A DNA stretch of 64,000 nucleotides from Podarcis pityusensis (GCA_964106645.2 OZ067038.1); one strand, 5' to 3'. Positions 39,181 through 51,671 are shown, numbered from the stretch's first letter. The notes: generated by a model not told the origin, from the letters alone. Numbers and translations: made by a program.

Positions 39181-39509
39181 AATGGGAGCCCTTGTACTGA
39201 TTCCTTTGACTACTCTCTTGAATCTGACACAAAGTGCTTGGAGTGGATCAACCTGAATCCCTTTTTTCCTAATCAGGTTCACCAGCAATGGTGGGAGCCA
39301 AAGGAAATGTACTTCCCATGGTCTCCGCCACTGCTCACTAATGCTGTTCAAGCTTCAAGCATCATACCAGGATGAACAGGGATCGCCTGATGCAAACCTT
39401 TCCCATCACTGACACTCTGTTGGTTAAGGGAAATGAGGGCAATGAGGAACTTCCATATCGGCCTCCGGTTGGATCTCACCGGTGGAAGCAATCATGGTAA
39501 AAAAAGGTT

Positions 39510-40705
39510 AAACATGGATAGGACTTGGGGAAAGTATTAAGACTTCCTTGAATACCAATATATAATATATAAAACTAAGAGAGAGACAGGAGGTCTCTAA
39601 CTGGATACCTGATTAGTTTCAATATTTTCAAATAAATGAGATGTTCAAAAAATATAAAGAAAGTGGATTTATTCAAGAAGGCTCAGAATTTGAGAAAGTG
39701 ATTTTGGGGNNNNNNNNNNNNNNNNNNNNNNNNNNNNNNNNNNNNNNNNNNNNNNNNNNNNNNNNNNNNNNNNNNNNNNNNNNNNNNNNNNNNNNNNNNN
39801 NNNNNNNNNNNNNNNNNNNNNNNNNNNNNNNNNNNNNNNNNNNNNNNNNNGACTAAAGATGAACTCGTAAAAGAAAGCAATGATAAAATAGACCATTGAT
39901 ATTGGGCATAATATTGAAATTGATGAATGGGAAAAACTATGGAACCAAACAATGAACTTCATCTCTGCGTGTTATCAAATAAGGGAAAACATGCAAAAAA
40001 TCAAATACAGGTGGTATTTGACCCCGGTCAAATTGCCCAAAGTGTATAAAAGAGATTAAAAATGTTGTTGGAAATGACTAGAAGCTGAGGGTACACTTAT
40101 TCAAATATGGTGGAAATGCAACCAGGCAAAAGAATTTTGGGAAATGGTCTATTACGAGTTTTTTAAAAAATCTTTAAATTCACATTCCCTAAGAAACCGG
40201 AAGCATTCCTTCTTGGTATAATTGGGAATGAGTTACCAAAAAAAAGCCTATAACCTATTTTTATATGCAACAACAGCTGCAAGGACAGTATACTCAAGAT
40301 ATTGGAAACAAACAGAGATCCCAGGGAAAGAACAACGGTTAAATAAACTAATGGAATACGCAGAGCTTTCAAGTTGACATCTAAAAGAAGAAATATGGTT
40401 GATAAATGAGGAGTGAGTGGGAGTATCTAGGGGAATATTTACAAAAATTTGTGAGTGGCGTGAGTGGGAGAGTCTAGGGGAATATTTACAAAAATTTGAT
40501 CTCAAAGATAAATTTCAGGTAGGGGATACTTCTTGACCAACAGCTGATAATGTAAAAGATATGAGAAGGCTGAAAATAAGGTGAAGGAATTACTGTATAT
40601 GCAGCTAAATAAGATGTACGAAGGACTGTCATGGAATGCTGGGTGAAAAGTCCAAAATAATTACTGTATAAATATGGGAAATAATATGAGTGTATGGGTG
40701 AAAAC

Positions 40706-40746
<41 letters not shown>
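39510..40746 (+). mobile_element. Degraded L1 LINE 3' part, spanning a gap
   Basis: Remnant ORF2 motifs YRWYLTP, CWK, IWWKC, KPEAFLLG and YATTAAR, homologous to 28520-28940. (AAT)n tail at 40708-40746. Internal ~37-bp duplication at 40415-40498. Confidence 0.85.
39710..39850. other. Assembly gap (141 N)
   Basis: Run of N. Confidence 1.
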
Positions 40747-40748
<2 letters not shown>

Positions 40749-41660
40749 ATACGGAGAAGGGGAGCAGTTTTAGCTAGGCATTGGCCCACACTCCAGAGGA
40801 CTCCAGACCTGAGCCTCAACTAAGGGGATGGGGCAGATACCAAGGATCCAGTGTGATTCTTTTCACACCATTAAGGGATGTGAGAAGAGTTTTAATCAGA
40901 CTAGCAGGTGGGGTTTGGTTTGGATACCCCAACAGCACCTGCTCAGCTGGGATCAGCAGTTACACTCTCATAACCTCCTTAGCTGTTGAGGGCCCTGTGG
41001 AAAGATCTGAACACTTTCCAAAGTTTGTGAAGGATGGTCACAAGAAGCAAACAGAGAAAAATAACACGACTGTATTTTGAAAGGCATCAGAAGGAAATAT
41101 TCTGGGCATTAAAGGGGGTTGGGAAGAGTAGCTGGTCTATTGATTTCCAAGCAATGACAATTAACAGAAAAACAGACTTCTGATTTCTGGAGTGGACAAG
41201 AGATATACCGGAGAAAGTAAGGAGTTGGGACCTCTTCTAGCAGCTGAACATTCTTCCTAGGCAGACCGCCCCCCCTTCACTCCCACCCCAAGACCTCTGC
41301 TATAGGATAAAGGCGATTGACATCAATAGCCATTTCCCATTTGATGACTGGTAGAAATGCAAATTGACACTATTAAAAAAAGAAGATGAAAAGCAGGGGG
41401 AGGGGAGATGTTCTAAATCTATTTGGGAGGAGGGGGGGGAATAGTGGCAGTTAAAACCAATAAAGTCTTTTATTTGAATGCCATTAGTGGGGTTTGGCAG
41501 CCATCCGCGCCATCTACTTCAGAGAAGCACAGCACAGATTAAGAGCCTGCGTGGTAATTTGCACATATGGAAATGCTTTTTCTCGCCGTTCTGATGGCTC
41601 TGTTGTGGACAGATGGAATTAGCGAGCACTCCAAAGCCGTGAAGGCAAACACATTTTTTT

Positions 41661-41662
<2 letters not shown>

Positions 41663-41713
<51 letters not shown>
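41663..41713. repeat. (GA)n microsatellite
   Basis: Direct observation. Confidence 0.95.
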
Positions 41714-41718
<5 letters not shown>

Positions 41719-42999
41719 GACAAAAGAAACATTTCCTTCTCTTCTTTTCTCCCTCTCGTGTGAGAAACTCCAGCCTGATATAAATAAATAAGTGGCATTA
41801 ACCACAGACCAATATCACTGACTCCTTTTTCCCAACTTGGCATGAATAGCTTGACTTTCTCTTCTTTGAGGTTGCAAATCGTCATAATCTTTGTCATCGT
41901 TTTCGAGAAAGGAGAAGACTATGATACATAACCATGGAGTGGCACATCAAAGACAGTGTTCAGATGCCGGTCGTATGGAGATACCCCTTTCGCTCTCAAC
42001 AGCGGGCCTCGTAACACCAGCTTCCCCCCCTGACACTGTTTGCTGTTAACGGTGAGCCACATTTCTCTCTCCCTCTTTCCTTGCATGCCTTGTGCTGGTG
42101 ACACTCAGTCTCGCTGCTGAGCAGATTTTTCTCCCACCAATTTCCCTGCAAAGGGATAGGGAGATGGCGTCCCTGTTATGACTCTGTTGCAGAAGGCAGA
42201 TCATATTTACAATTTCAGCAACAGAGGAAACCAACTGCTCCCTGGAATGGGGGAGAGGGGCAACTCAAGGAAGGCACAAGCATCCATCTGTCTACAGAGA
42301 CGACCCTTTAGGTCCCTTCCAACTCAACAGTTCTGTGATTCTATGGCTCCCATGGCCCATAACTCTGTTTCTGGGGCTCTCGCAACCCTCAATTTCAAAT
42401 GTGGGGACAGCGAGTGCAAGGCGCATGCAGAGGGAGGAGAGGGAAGCCCCGCTGTTGTACTAGTGTAATCATTAAGTTGAATACTGATTTCTCCATCTCC
42501 ATTTCTCTCTGCCTTCCCTAACTGTAGTCTAGATACTTTGGACTACACATCCCATCATCCCTACTCAGTGGGTGGTGTACCATTTCTCTCTGTGGGTGGG
42601 ATCCTCTTTTTGATCTCCTACTGGTCTTTCTTCTATTTCCTCCCTTCTTGCCACACTCAGGAAATTGTGTCAATGGCCACATGTGGCTGGAATTATGGGA
42701 GTTGTAGTCCCAGGCTGGGAAAGATTGATCTATTGATCAATCCTCCCCAACTTAGTCTCCAACACCATGCCAAATTTGGGAGTTCTGTCTTTCCAAGGCT
42801 GACCCAGTTTTGTACAGTCAGTGTAGATGATACTGAGCTGGATAGACCAATGGACTGACAGTGCAAGGCAGCCTCCGATGTTCATATTAGGGCTGGGCAC
42901 AGCCCACTCCCAAACCCAATTTAATGTCCAAATCTGAGCCTTTGGACTGAGCCAACCCAACCCTGATCCAATTTAAATGTATAGGTGGTAAGGGGGAAT

Positions 43000-43750
43000 G
43001 CTGTTGTTTAGTCGTTTAGTCATGTCTGACTCTTCGTGACCCCATGGACCAGAGCACGCCAGGCACTCCTGTCTTCCACTGCCTCCTGCAGTTTGATCAA
43101 ACTCGTGCTGGTAGCTTCAAGAACACTGTCCAACCATCTTGCCCTCTGTCATCCTCTTCTGCTTGTGTCCTCAATCTTTCCCAACATCAGGGTCTTTTCC
43201 AGGGAGTCTTCTCTTCTCATGAGGTAGCCAAAGTATTGGAGCCTCAGCTTCAGGATCTGTCCTTCCAGTGAGCACTCAGGGCTGATTTCCTTCAGAATGG
43301 ATAGGTTTGATCTTCTTGCAGTCCATGGGACTCTCAAGAGTCTCCTCCAGCACCAGAATTCAAAAGCATCAATTATTCAGCAATCAGCCTTCTTTATGGT
43401 CCAGCTCTCCCTTCCATACATCACTACTGGCAAAACCATAGCTTTAACTAGACGGACCTTTGTCGGCAAGGTGTTGTCTCTGCTTTTTAGATCCTGCGTA
43501 GGTTTGTCATTGCTTTTTCTCCCAAGAAGCAGGTGTCTTTTAATTCCATGACTGCTGTCACCATCTGCAGTGATCATATAGCCCAAGAAAGTAAAATCTC
43601 TCACTGCCTCCATTTCTTCCCTTTCTATTTGCCAGGAGGTGATGGGACCAGTGGCCATGATCTTAGTTTTTTTGATGTTGAGCTTCAGACCATATTTTGT
43701 GCTTTCACCCCCATTAAGAGGTTCTTTAATTCCTCCTCACTTTCTGCCAT
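43000..43750 (-). mobile_element. Bov-B (RTE) LINE 3' fragment, 5'-truncated
   Basis: Minus frames give MATGPITSWQIEREEMEAVRDFTFLG…KVRLVKAMVLPVVMYG and RVPWTARRSNLSILKEISPECSLEG. Closely similar to 8481-8901. Confidence 0.95.
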
Positions 43751-45128
43751 GGATATATTTGTCTCCTTCCCTCCCTTTCTGAGCCAGGGTGGTTCACTCC
43801 TTCACATACAACATCTCTGTAGGGGAATGAGCTTGCAAATGAGCAACCTGCCGATCGCATTCAGTATTCTGGGGTGTAGCTCCAGGGGTGGGATGTTAGG
43901 CAGGATTGAGAAGCAGGAATGAGAAGCTCCCGATGTCCAAAATCATGCAGTCCACCACTACCTCCTCCTGGAAGCAATTCAGCCAGGAGGCGCATCTCTT
44001 CTCCTCCAATACCTTTTTGCTGTTTCTCCCTTCTTCCTGTCTGACCTCTACTTCTTCCTGCCCAACACCAGCTTCTCCTGCCTGCCTGACAACCACTCCC
44101 TGACAGCCACAGATCATTTTGGGTTTCCCGACTCAACCTGTGGCAACCTGGGACAGTCTCCACCCGACTTGGGCAAAGGAGCCAAAGCAGCCGATTGGGT
44201 TCGGGTGTCAGCCAAATCCAATGCACAGCCCTATGTCCGATGTTTCTACATGCCACTGGGAACTGCAGTGAAAAATGGGAGGATTTCTGTAATGTTTGAA
44301 AGGTATGCACAGACAGGAGGGGTTTCACAATCAATCCCTCTTCCCATGGAACTCTGGGAACTGTAGTTCTGTGAGAGGAAAGAAGGTCTCCCAAGAACTC
44401 TTGGCATTCTCGGCAAACTACAGCTCCCAAGATTCTTTGGGAGAAGCCATGTGGTATGATATTGCTTTAAATATACAGCACATCTTTTTCCTTTCCCTCT
44501 TGCTGGGCTTTCTATTCCCCCACCCACCATACTGTTCTTTACTACTTCAGACAGCTTCAACCTCCACCCCACCACCTGAGTTTCAGGATGGCGCCTGCTC
44601 TGCCAGGAGCAGGTTTTGGACCTCAAGACAAAGACTGGAGATTTGACACCCCACTGTGTTCAGCTGTTTGTTTGTATCTTGCAATTTTTATTACAGGTAG
44701 TTTTGAAGATTTCAGAAATAACACTTGTTTACACATATATTTTCTTGGGAACGGTTTGCAGTTTTTGCCACACGCAGATTTTCTGTCTATTTAAACATTG
44801 TTTTATAGTATTGTAATTATCAGGGATGGGGTTTTTTATTATTATATCACAGTAAGCCCTAACATGGTGAATGATACACTGATTATTTGTTAAATTAAAT
44901 GTCGTGTAGGTGCACCCTGTCAAGATGTGCTAAAAGAGAGCTTTTGCATTTCAGTTTCATTTTGCAAAAACTGTCTCTCATCCTGTGCTGTAAGCCACCC
45001 CAACCTCTGCCTTTGGAAGCCTTAAAGAAGCTTTTGCAAGAAAGGGGCTCTGAGTGTTTCCGCACATTCCATCTTCTGCCATTCCTGACCAGTGGTGCAC
45101 ATATGTGTGTTGGACTTTTCTCTGCTTG

Positions 45129-45265
45129 CAGTGCTGTTTTTCTAGAAAAAGAGGTGCCAGAACTCACCATGAATCCTCCCTTGTTCTCTTATAATGGCAA
45201 TGGCACCCACCTCAGAGGTGCCAGAACTGAGTTCTGGTGAGTTCCGGCTGGATAAAAAAGCCCTG
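45129..45265. mobile_element. hAT-like MITE
   Basis: TIR cagtgctgttttt / aaaaaagccctg. Imperfect 8-bp TSD tctgcttg / gttgcttg. Confidence 0.65.
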
Positions 45266-47170
45266 GTTGCTTGGATGGGGTACCTGTCAATGCAGGTATG
45301 CTGGATCAAATGCTACTATGTGGAATTTTAGAGCACTGGAGGAAGTCTGGGGCTATCAGCTCTATAACTTGAGCTGCCTTTTTAATTGGATCAAATCTAG
45401 GACCTCCTGCGTGCAAAATATGAGTCATGGCCTCATGTTTTGCAATTGACCATTAAGGTCTATGGTACAGCAGCTACCGCACAAACGTTGCACCAAATAT
45501 TGGGAGGTGGGGGGGAGTGAATTCATTTTTTTATATTCTCAAGTGAATTTCACCACCCACAAATAACCATGTGAAGTGGCCTCTGGCCTCTGCACCTAAG
45601 CTTAAAGCCAATTAAAGTAATATCTAAAAATCATGCGTTCTTTAAAACACACATTCATACATATATCCCACCCAGCCCTCCCTCTCCCTTCAAGCTTAAA
45701 GCCTAGGAACCTTCTGTTAAAATTGCCTTCGTTAGATGAGGTAACTCCAGGCTTCTTCTTCCTGGAATCTGGTCTCTCTCTCTAAAAAGAAGAGCCGTTT
45801 CCATTCGGAGGCCCGATATTGCAAAAATATTTGACATACTGAGTGTCTACTAAGAGGGCGGGGGGGAACACACTTTTGCATCATTTAAAGAGTGCCAATT
45901 AAATGGCTACATAAAAGAGATATGGAAATCGCAAGTCAGGAACTCTGCATTACAGAAACAGCACTGGCTTTCTGGAGCTCCACCGCCTCTAATCTCCTGT
46001 AAGCTTCTATTTCAACTCAAGAGTTTTAACTAAATTCCCTTTCCAACTTTTCTTGTCCCACATGAAAGAAGGTCTGACTTGAATGCAGCAGGCTGGAGTG
46101 CTTAAAAGACAGAAAAAAGAGGAATGTTTACTCTAAGTGGAACATCATGGGGCTCTTCGCAGCAGTTCTAATGGCATTTCTCCTCCAGCTGTATTTATTT
46201 ATCTTTACATTTCCCAATAAAAATTACATTTTCTTTTCAGAAGCCATCTATAATTAACTTCTCCTTTTCAGCTGATGGCGGTAGGCATTGACAGCATAGC
46301 TTAAAACGCACACAGAGGCACAATACGAAACGCCTGAAGCATGGCAAGTAGGGTGAATGGGACAACTCCCCAGATCTGGAAATGAAGCTGAGCCTAGACA
46401 TAAGCAGCAATGCTTATGAATTTTCCCTTTTTGAAAGGCTCTTTTTTTATTACAAGTGGAGAGCCGTTCGGGATAAATAATGAGGCAATGCCCTGCTTTG
46501 TCCCTGTGCTGTTGGCAGCCATTTTGGGCGCATGCTCAGAATGTGATTATTTTAACCCGAGAGTTGGAATCTTGGGCTTGAGAGCCGGATGCGGCCCCCA
46601 AACCTCTCCATCTGGCCCTCAGAGCTCTCCCCAGGCCACCCCCCTCACTGGCCCTGCTTCACACCCTGAGTGTTGTTGCCGACTGGAATTCTTATAATGC
46701 TTTCTGCTTGTCCTGATGGTGGATACAAGGGTGTATTATTGCACCCACTTTTGTCTCTGGCCCTGCCCATCTCAGGTATGTGGCCAACCATGGTGTATTG
46801 CGGGTCATGTGGGAAGACTGCTACCACGGGTAACAGGATGGACCTTTTACAGTTTTCCGTTGAGGCAAATGATCCCGCCCCCCAATGGAAACTAGAAAAG
46901 ACAATGCTAAGTACAAACCTGCAAGAATGCAGAATGAATTAAGCTGTGTGCCCAGATTTTGAGGGAAGATATTGTTCTGTAGGATAAAGCTTCCATGAGA
47001 TTCTCAGTTTTAGCAGATAAAACAGCAGATATTTTTGGCACAGAACAATTACCTCTAGGTGTAAGCTTTGTGGGAGAAAGTGATGGCAATGCATTTGTAC
47101 ATGAGGAATTCTTTGCATTCATATCAATCTTGTAGAAGATATAGTCAACATTATTTACTTTTATTTTGTA

Positions 47171-47396
47171 CAGTGGTACCTCGGGTTACATACGCTTCAG
47201 GTTACACACTCTGCTAACCCAGAAATAGTGCTTCAGGTTATGAACTTTGCTTCAGGATAAGAAGAGAAATTGGGCTGTGGCGGCACGGCGGCAGCAGGAG
47301 GCCCCATTAGCTAAAGTGGTGCTTCAGGTTAAGAACAGTTTCAGGTTAAGAACGGACCTCCAGAACGAATTAAGTACTTAACCCGAGGTACCACTG
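47171..47396. mobile_element. Tc1/mariner (Tigger-like) MITE, same family as 12840-13098 in the opposite orientation
   Basis: Same cagtggtacctcgggtt TIR, with TA on both sides. Confidence 0.9.
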
Positions 47397-47430
47397 TACT
47401 TGATTGCAATAAGGGTTCATTCAAACTTAC

Positions 47431-47481
47431 CTTTCTTGGCATTGGTTCATGCTTTTCTGGTCTGTGTCCGAATGACTGGAT
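47431..47481 (-). CDS. Candidate 51-nt exon of an unidentified gene (IQSFGHRPEKHEPMPRK or SSHSDTDQKSMNQCQE)
   Basis: Minus strand: tttaac (branch point)…cttctttgatgtttctag|ATCCAG…CCAAGAAAG|gtaagt. Perfect donor, AG-free acceptor zone, length a multiple of 3, two open frames, unique sequence. Confidence 0.55.
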
Positions 47482-47936
47482 CTAGAAACATCAAAGAAGC
47501 GTTTCAGTTAAATGCGTTGTAAACTTTGTATGAGAAATCGGGTTGGCAAAAACGGAACTCCACATCGCTATCTGATGTCACAGTGTTAGAATGTATACAC
47601 AACACATATAAGGCACTTTTTCTTTGCTAATGTAGCTGAGTCCCTTGCCACTTTCCCCAGGAAAACCTGATCTTTACCACTGAATTTGAGCAAAATGTGG
47701 TTTTCTTCAAATTGCCATTTGGTCCAATTCAGTGGTAAAAAATGACTTTTTATTGGGAAAGCCTGGACCTTTACCTAGAAATGCAGAGCAAAGGGAAGTG
47801 TGGATGAATCCTAAGTAAGTTATCATAGAATATCATAAAATGCTTGTATAACCTGGAGGTAGGCTGTATGAATTGTGTATTGCTTTGTAACGATTTGTTG
47901 GGTCTCTGGACCATAATAAAGATTGTTGTTGTTGAA

Positions 47937-48085
47937 TATCATAGAATTGTAGAGTTGGAAGGGACTACGAGGGTCATCTAGTCCAAGCCTCTACAGTGCA
48001 GGTATCATTTGCCCAACATGGGACTCATGGGACTCAAACCCAAGACCTTGAGGTTAAGAGTTTAATTCTCTACCAACTGAGCTAC
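47937..48085 (-). mobile_element. tRNA(Lys)-like head SINE with CR1-derived tail
   Basis: Minus strand gtagctcagttggtagag…ctcttaacctcaaggtc…cccttccaactctacaattctatgat. A related copy lies at ~54385-54515. Confidence 0.7.
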
Positions 48086-48211
48086 ATGACTGACTGACTC
48101 AAACATACAGAAAATTACACAAGTATTGTCTCACAACTCAAGCAATTAGCAGGATCAAGCCAAGACGAGACAAGATGCCCAGTTGTGGTTTTGCATTAAC
48201 TTTGATTATCT

Positions 48212-48324
48212 GTTACAGATAGGTAGCCGTGTTGGTCTGCCATAGTCAAAATAAAAAAATCCTTCCAGTAGCACCTTTAAGACCAACTAAGTTAGTTCTT
48301 GGTATGAGCTTTCGTGTGCAAGCA
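48212..48324 (-). mobile_element. Penelope-like element terminal-repeat fragment, truncated within the hammerhead motif
   Basis: Reverse complement of 56795-56870 plus further sequence (ggtagccgtgttggtctg). Lacks the CTGAnGA core. Confidence 0.7.
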
Positions 48325-48640
48325 TGATTATCTGGTGATCACATGCCAGTCACTCAAGTCTTGCAGTCTGTGAAGTTTCTTGGAACAATAGAATGAAACA
48401 AGGAAGCTGGTGAGGAAACCTTTAGCAAAACAATAGAAAGGTGCCAGAAACTGGCAGATGATGTAGATGGAGAAGTTAGAGCACACAGACAAGTCATACA
48501 ACAGGAAAACCATGTCAATTATCCCAACAAATCCACAGAAGATCCCTACTTATCGCCTCGCTGAGGACTCATTTCAGTGATGAAATCAACCTGCCTCCAA
48601 TTTGTTGAAACTACACCCACGTCAGATTTGCCACAGTGAA

Positions 48641-48845
48641 GAAAGAGACTTTGTTACTTGCCTTGGTGTGAGCTGTGGTCAAATGGCATAAAAAAAGAAA
48701 TCCACAGCAATACACATAAAACGCACATAAAAACTCTTGCCTGCTATCATAATGGCCATCCTTACAGCACTTTCCCTCCCAGTTACAATTGAGCGATCCT
48801 TCAGCACTTTGCATAGGGTGAAGACATGGCTACAATGAGTGAAAA
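48641..48845 (+). repeat. Left arm (donor) of a 205-bp inverted repeat
   Basis: Reverse complement of 50386-50590. The ORF-track translations 48611..48814(-) and 50417..50854(+) are identical across the shared part. Confidence 0.95.
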
Positions 48846-49401
48846 ATTGATTGTCTGGCTTGTGTTTGTTGAGTGTCCATAGAGAAAAGTTGAAGGAGAA
48901 ATGTATAAAAGAAGTTATTGACCGTTTTGGCCAAGACTCTCAAAGATTCCAGGTTTTTTTGTTTTGTTTTTTGTTTAAATAATGATCCATTTTGTATTGT
49001 ATTCCCCTTTTTGTTAAGGACAGACAGGCATTAACAAAAATAAGTCAGAATGGTTCAGACCTCACTTTTTGTGGGGCAGAAGTTGTTGTCCATATCACTT
49101 CTGTATTGGTGAAATGCTTGATAGTTGCAGATACTCATGTACTTTTAAATTATATTTCTGTAGTGTGGGGGTTCACAGCAGGACAGCAAAAGTGGATTTT
49201 GTGAGCCTTAAGAAAGCCTGGAAGGACAAATACTTCAAGCCTGGAAGGACAAATACCGGCTGTCTATCACACAATGGCATGAGGACCTCACTGCCCTGGC
49301 TACATTTCAATGTATTTCATATAGCCATCAATTTTGCATGGACAACTGGAGGGCTTGTATTAATTTATATGCTTAACTTAAGATGCCTGTATTGATGGTT
49401 A

Positions 49402-49755
49402 AAAAGGTAAAGGTACCCCTGACCGTTAGGTCCAGTCTCGGACGACTCTGGAGTGGCGCGCTCATCTCATTCTATAGGCCGAGGGAGCCGGTGTTTGTCT
49501 TCAGACAGTTTTTCCAGGTCATGTGGCCAGCATGACTATAAGCTGCTTTTGGCCTTGCAAGGAAACGCCGTTTACCTTCCTTGGTACCTATTTATCTACT
49601 TGCACTTGATGTACATGTACTTTCGAACTGCTAGGTGGGCAGGAGTTGGGACCGAACAATGGGAGCTCACCCTGTTGCGGGGATTCGAACTGCCGACCTT
49701 CCGATCGGCAAGCCCTAGGCTCTGTGGTTTAGACCACAGCGCCACCCACGTCCCT
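49402..49755 (-). mobile_element. Sauria SINE
   Basis: Head and (ACCTTT)n tail. 14-bp TSD tgtattgatggtta at 49388-49401 and 49756-49769. Confidence 0.95.
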
Positions 49756-50385
49756 TGTATTGATGGTTACTGTATCCTAAATGTGAGCTGATGGTGGTTT
49801 TTATTGTGCTGTTATTGTTATTCATATGTGGTTTCTTTCCCTTTATAATGCTGCAAAACCTGTCATTTTACTTTATTTCCTTTGTAAAATTTGCAAAAGG
49901 AGGAGCAAAAGGCAGAGGAAGGCAGCAAAGGCATGAAATGGGGAAAATTCTCTCATCCCTGTCCTAGTTTTAATGCCCCACCTCCAAACAACAACAGCAA
50001 GCCATAGGCATGTAGTGGCACACAGACCAACAGCAAGGGAATTATTTGTTTTTAATTAAACTCCTCTTCTATACCCATGTTCCCACGTAAAAGTTCGATA
50101 GCCCAAATGCCGTTTACTCTGCATTACTGGTTTATTCAGCTGAATGAGTCTCTAGGAGTGCATTTCCCCCCCTATTAACAGCGGAGTTTAGTATTAGTCC
50201 GAGCGCTGCTTAAACGAATTTGCTGATCGCAGCTCCAAGTCACATTGCCTTTATTCACACCATCAACTAAACACACATAATTTGGCACATGGCGTGGCGC
50301 CCACTTAAAGGATGCCGAACATTAAAGCCGTACCGGGAGACGGTGTAACTTCTTCACGCTTTCTGAGAGAATTCTAGGTTCTAGG

Positions 50386-50590
50386 TTTTCACTCATTGTA
50401 GCCATGTCTTCACCCTATGCAAAGTGCTGAAGGATCGCTCAATTGTAACTGGGAGGGAAAGTGCTGTAAGGATGGCCATTATGATAGCAGGCAAGAGTTT
50501 TTATGTGCGTTTTATGTGTATTGCTGTGGATTTCTTTTTTTATGCCATTTGACCACAGCTCACACCAAGGCAAGTAACAAAGTCTCTTTC
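50386..50590 (-). repeat. Right arm (inserted copy) of the 205-bp inverted repeat, bracketed by a 25-bp direct repeat
   Basis: ttcacgctttctgagagaattctag at 50353-50377 and 50588-50612. Confidence 0.95.
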
Positions 50591-50709
50591 ACGCTTTCTG
50601 AGAGAATTCTAGAGGCTAGGTTTAAGGTAAATATATATTGGGCGAGAGAAAGAGGAAAGTGGACCTCCTCTCCCAGCTCATTATTAGCAAAGATTCTGGT
50701 CTTATTAAC

Positions 50710-50932
50710 AGCAGTATTATTTATTAAATTTATGTTCATCATAAGATCTCAGGGGGGGTTGCAGTGTAAAATGCAAGATAAAAACACAAGTAAGAACTTA
50801 AATCAAAACAGCAGAACAATAACACACACATCCCTTTCCCACAGATATATTTAAGGCTGTGGAATATTAATCGGCCAAAGGCCTGGTTGAAGAGGAACGT
50901 TTTGGCCTATCGCCTAAAAATATATAATGAAG
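50710..50932 (-). mobile_element. L2 LINE 3' end
   Basis: gcctggttgaagaggaacgttttggcct…cgcctaaa is the reverse complement of the L2 terminus at 13640-13690. Confidence 0.7.
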
Positions 50933-51246
50933 TCTTCGACTTTTTATTGTCCTACATTCATTAGGAAAATTATCCCTTTACAAGAATGGGATTTTTTGCC
51001 ATTCAGGAGAATGCCCAACAAACAATGGCAACAATAGCTTTATTAAAATAACACAATGCCCAGTCCCACAACTTCTGGAGGGGACAACATTGGCTGTCTC
51101 TGATCTAAAGGAAACACCAAACCCAACAGATTCTGGTATAATTTCTGATGTAAGGGTATTCCAGATGCTATAGATAATACTACAGTTACCATCATTTCAT
51201 CATGTTGGGTCTACGTGATTGGCGCTGGCTGCCAATAGGCTTCCAG

Positions 51247-51487
51247 AGAGCCAGTGTGGTGTAGTGGTTAAGAGCGGTGGACTCGTAATCTGGGGAACCG
51301 GGTTCAATTCCCCGCTCCTCCACATGCAGCTGCTGGGTGACCTTGGGCCAGTCACACTTCTTTGAAGTCTCTCAGCCCCACTCACCTCACAGAGTGTTTG
51401 TTGTGGGGGAGGAAGGGAAAGGAGGATGTTAGCCGCTTTGAGACTCCTTAAAGGGAGTGAAAGGTGGGATATCAAATCCAAACTACT
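51247..51487 (+). mobile_element. tRNA-headed CORE/MIR-like SINE
   Basis: gagccagtgtggtgtagtggttaagagcgg head. 7-bp TSD cttccag at 51240-51246 and 51488-51494. Confidence 0.9.
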
Positions 51488-51671
51488 CTTCCAGGCTCAA
51501 TTTGAGGTGCCGGCCTTGAGGTAGTGTTTCTCAAACTTGGGTCCTCAGCTGTTGTTGAATTACAATTCTCACTATCCCTAGCTAGCGTGATTCAAGATCT
51601 GCCCAGGACTTTTTGTGCAGAGGTCTGCCTCCTCACGTGTAGGGCCTTTTGCTGGATCAGAGTGACTGTTG

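Noticed and set aside
49215-49255. Short tandem duplications (aagcctggaaggacaaatac twice, and ccttctaagattatacaa twice at ~16946-16981)
   Set aside because: Ordinary slippage duplications with no further structure.
50417-50854. Cys-rich ORF duplicated at 48611-48814
   Set aside because: It is a by-product of the 205-bp inverted duplication and runs on into L2 sequence. There is no splice or domain support.
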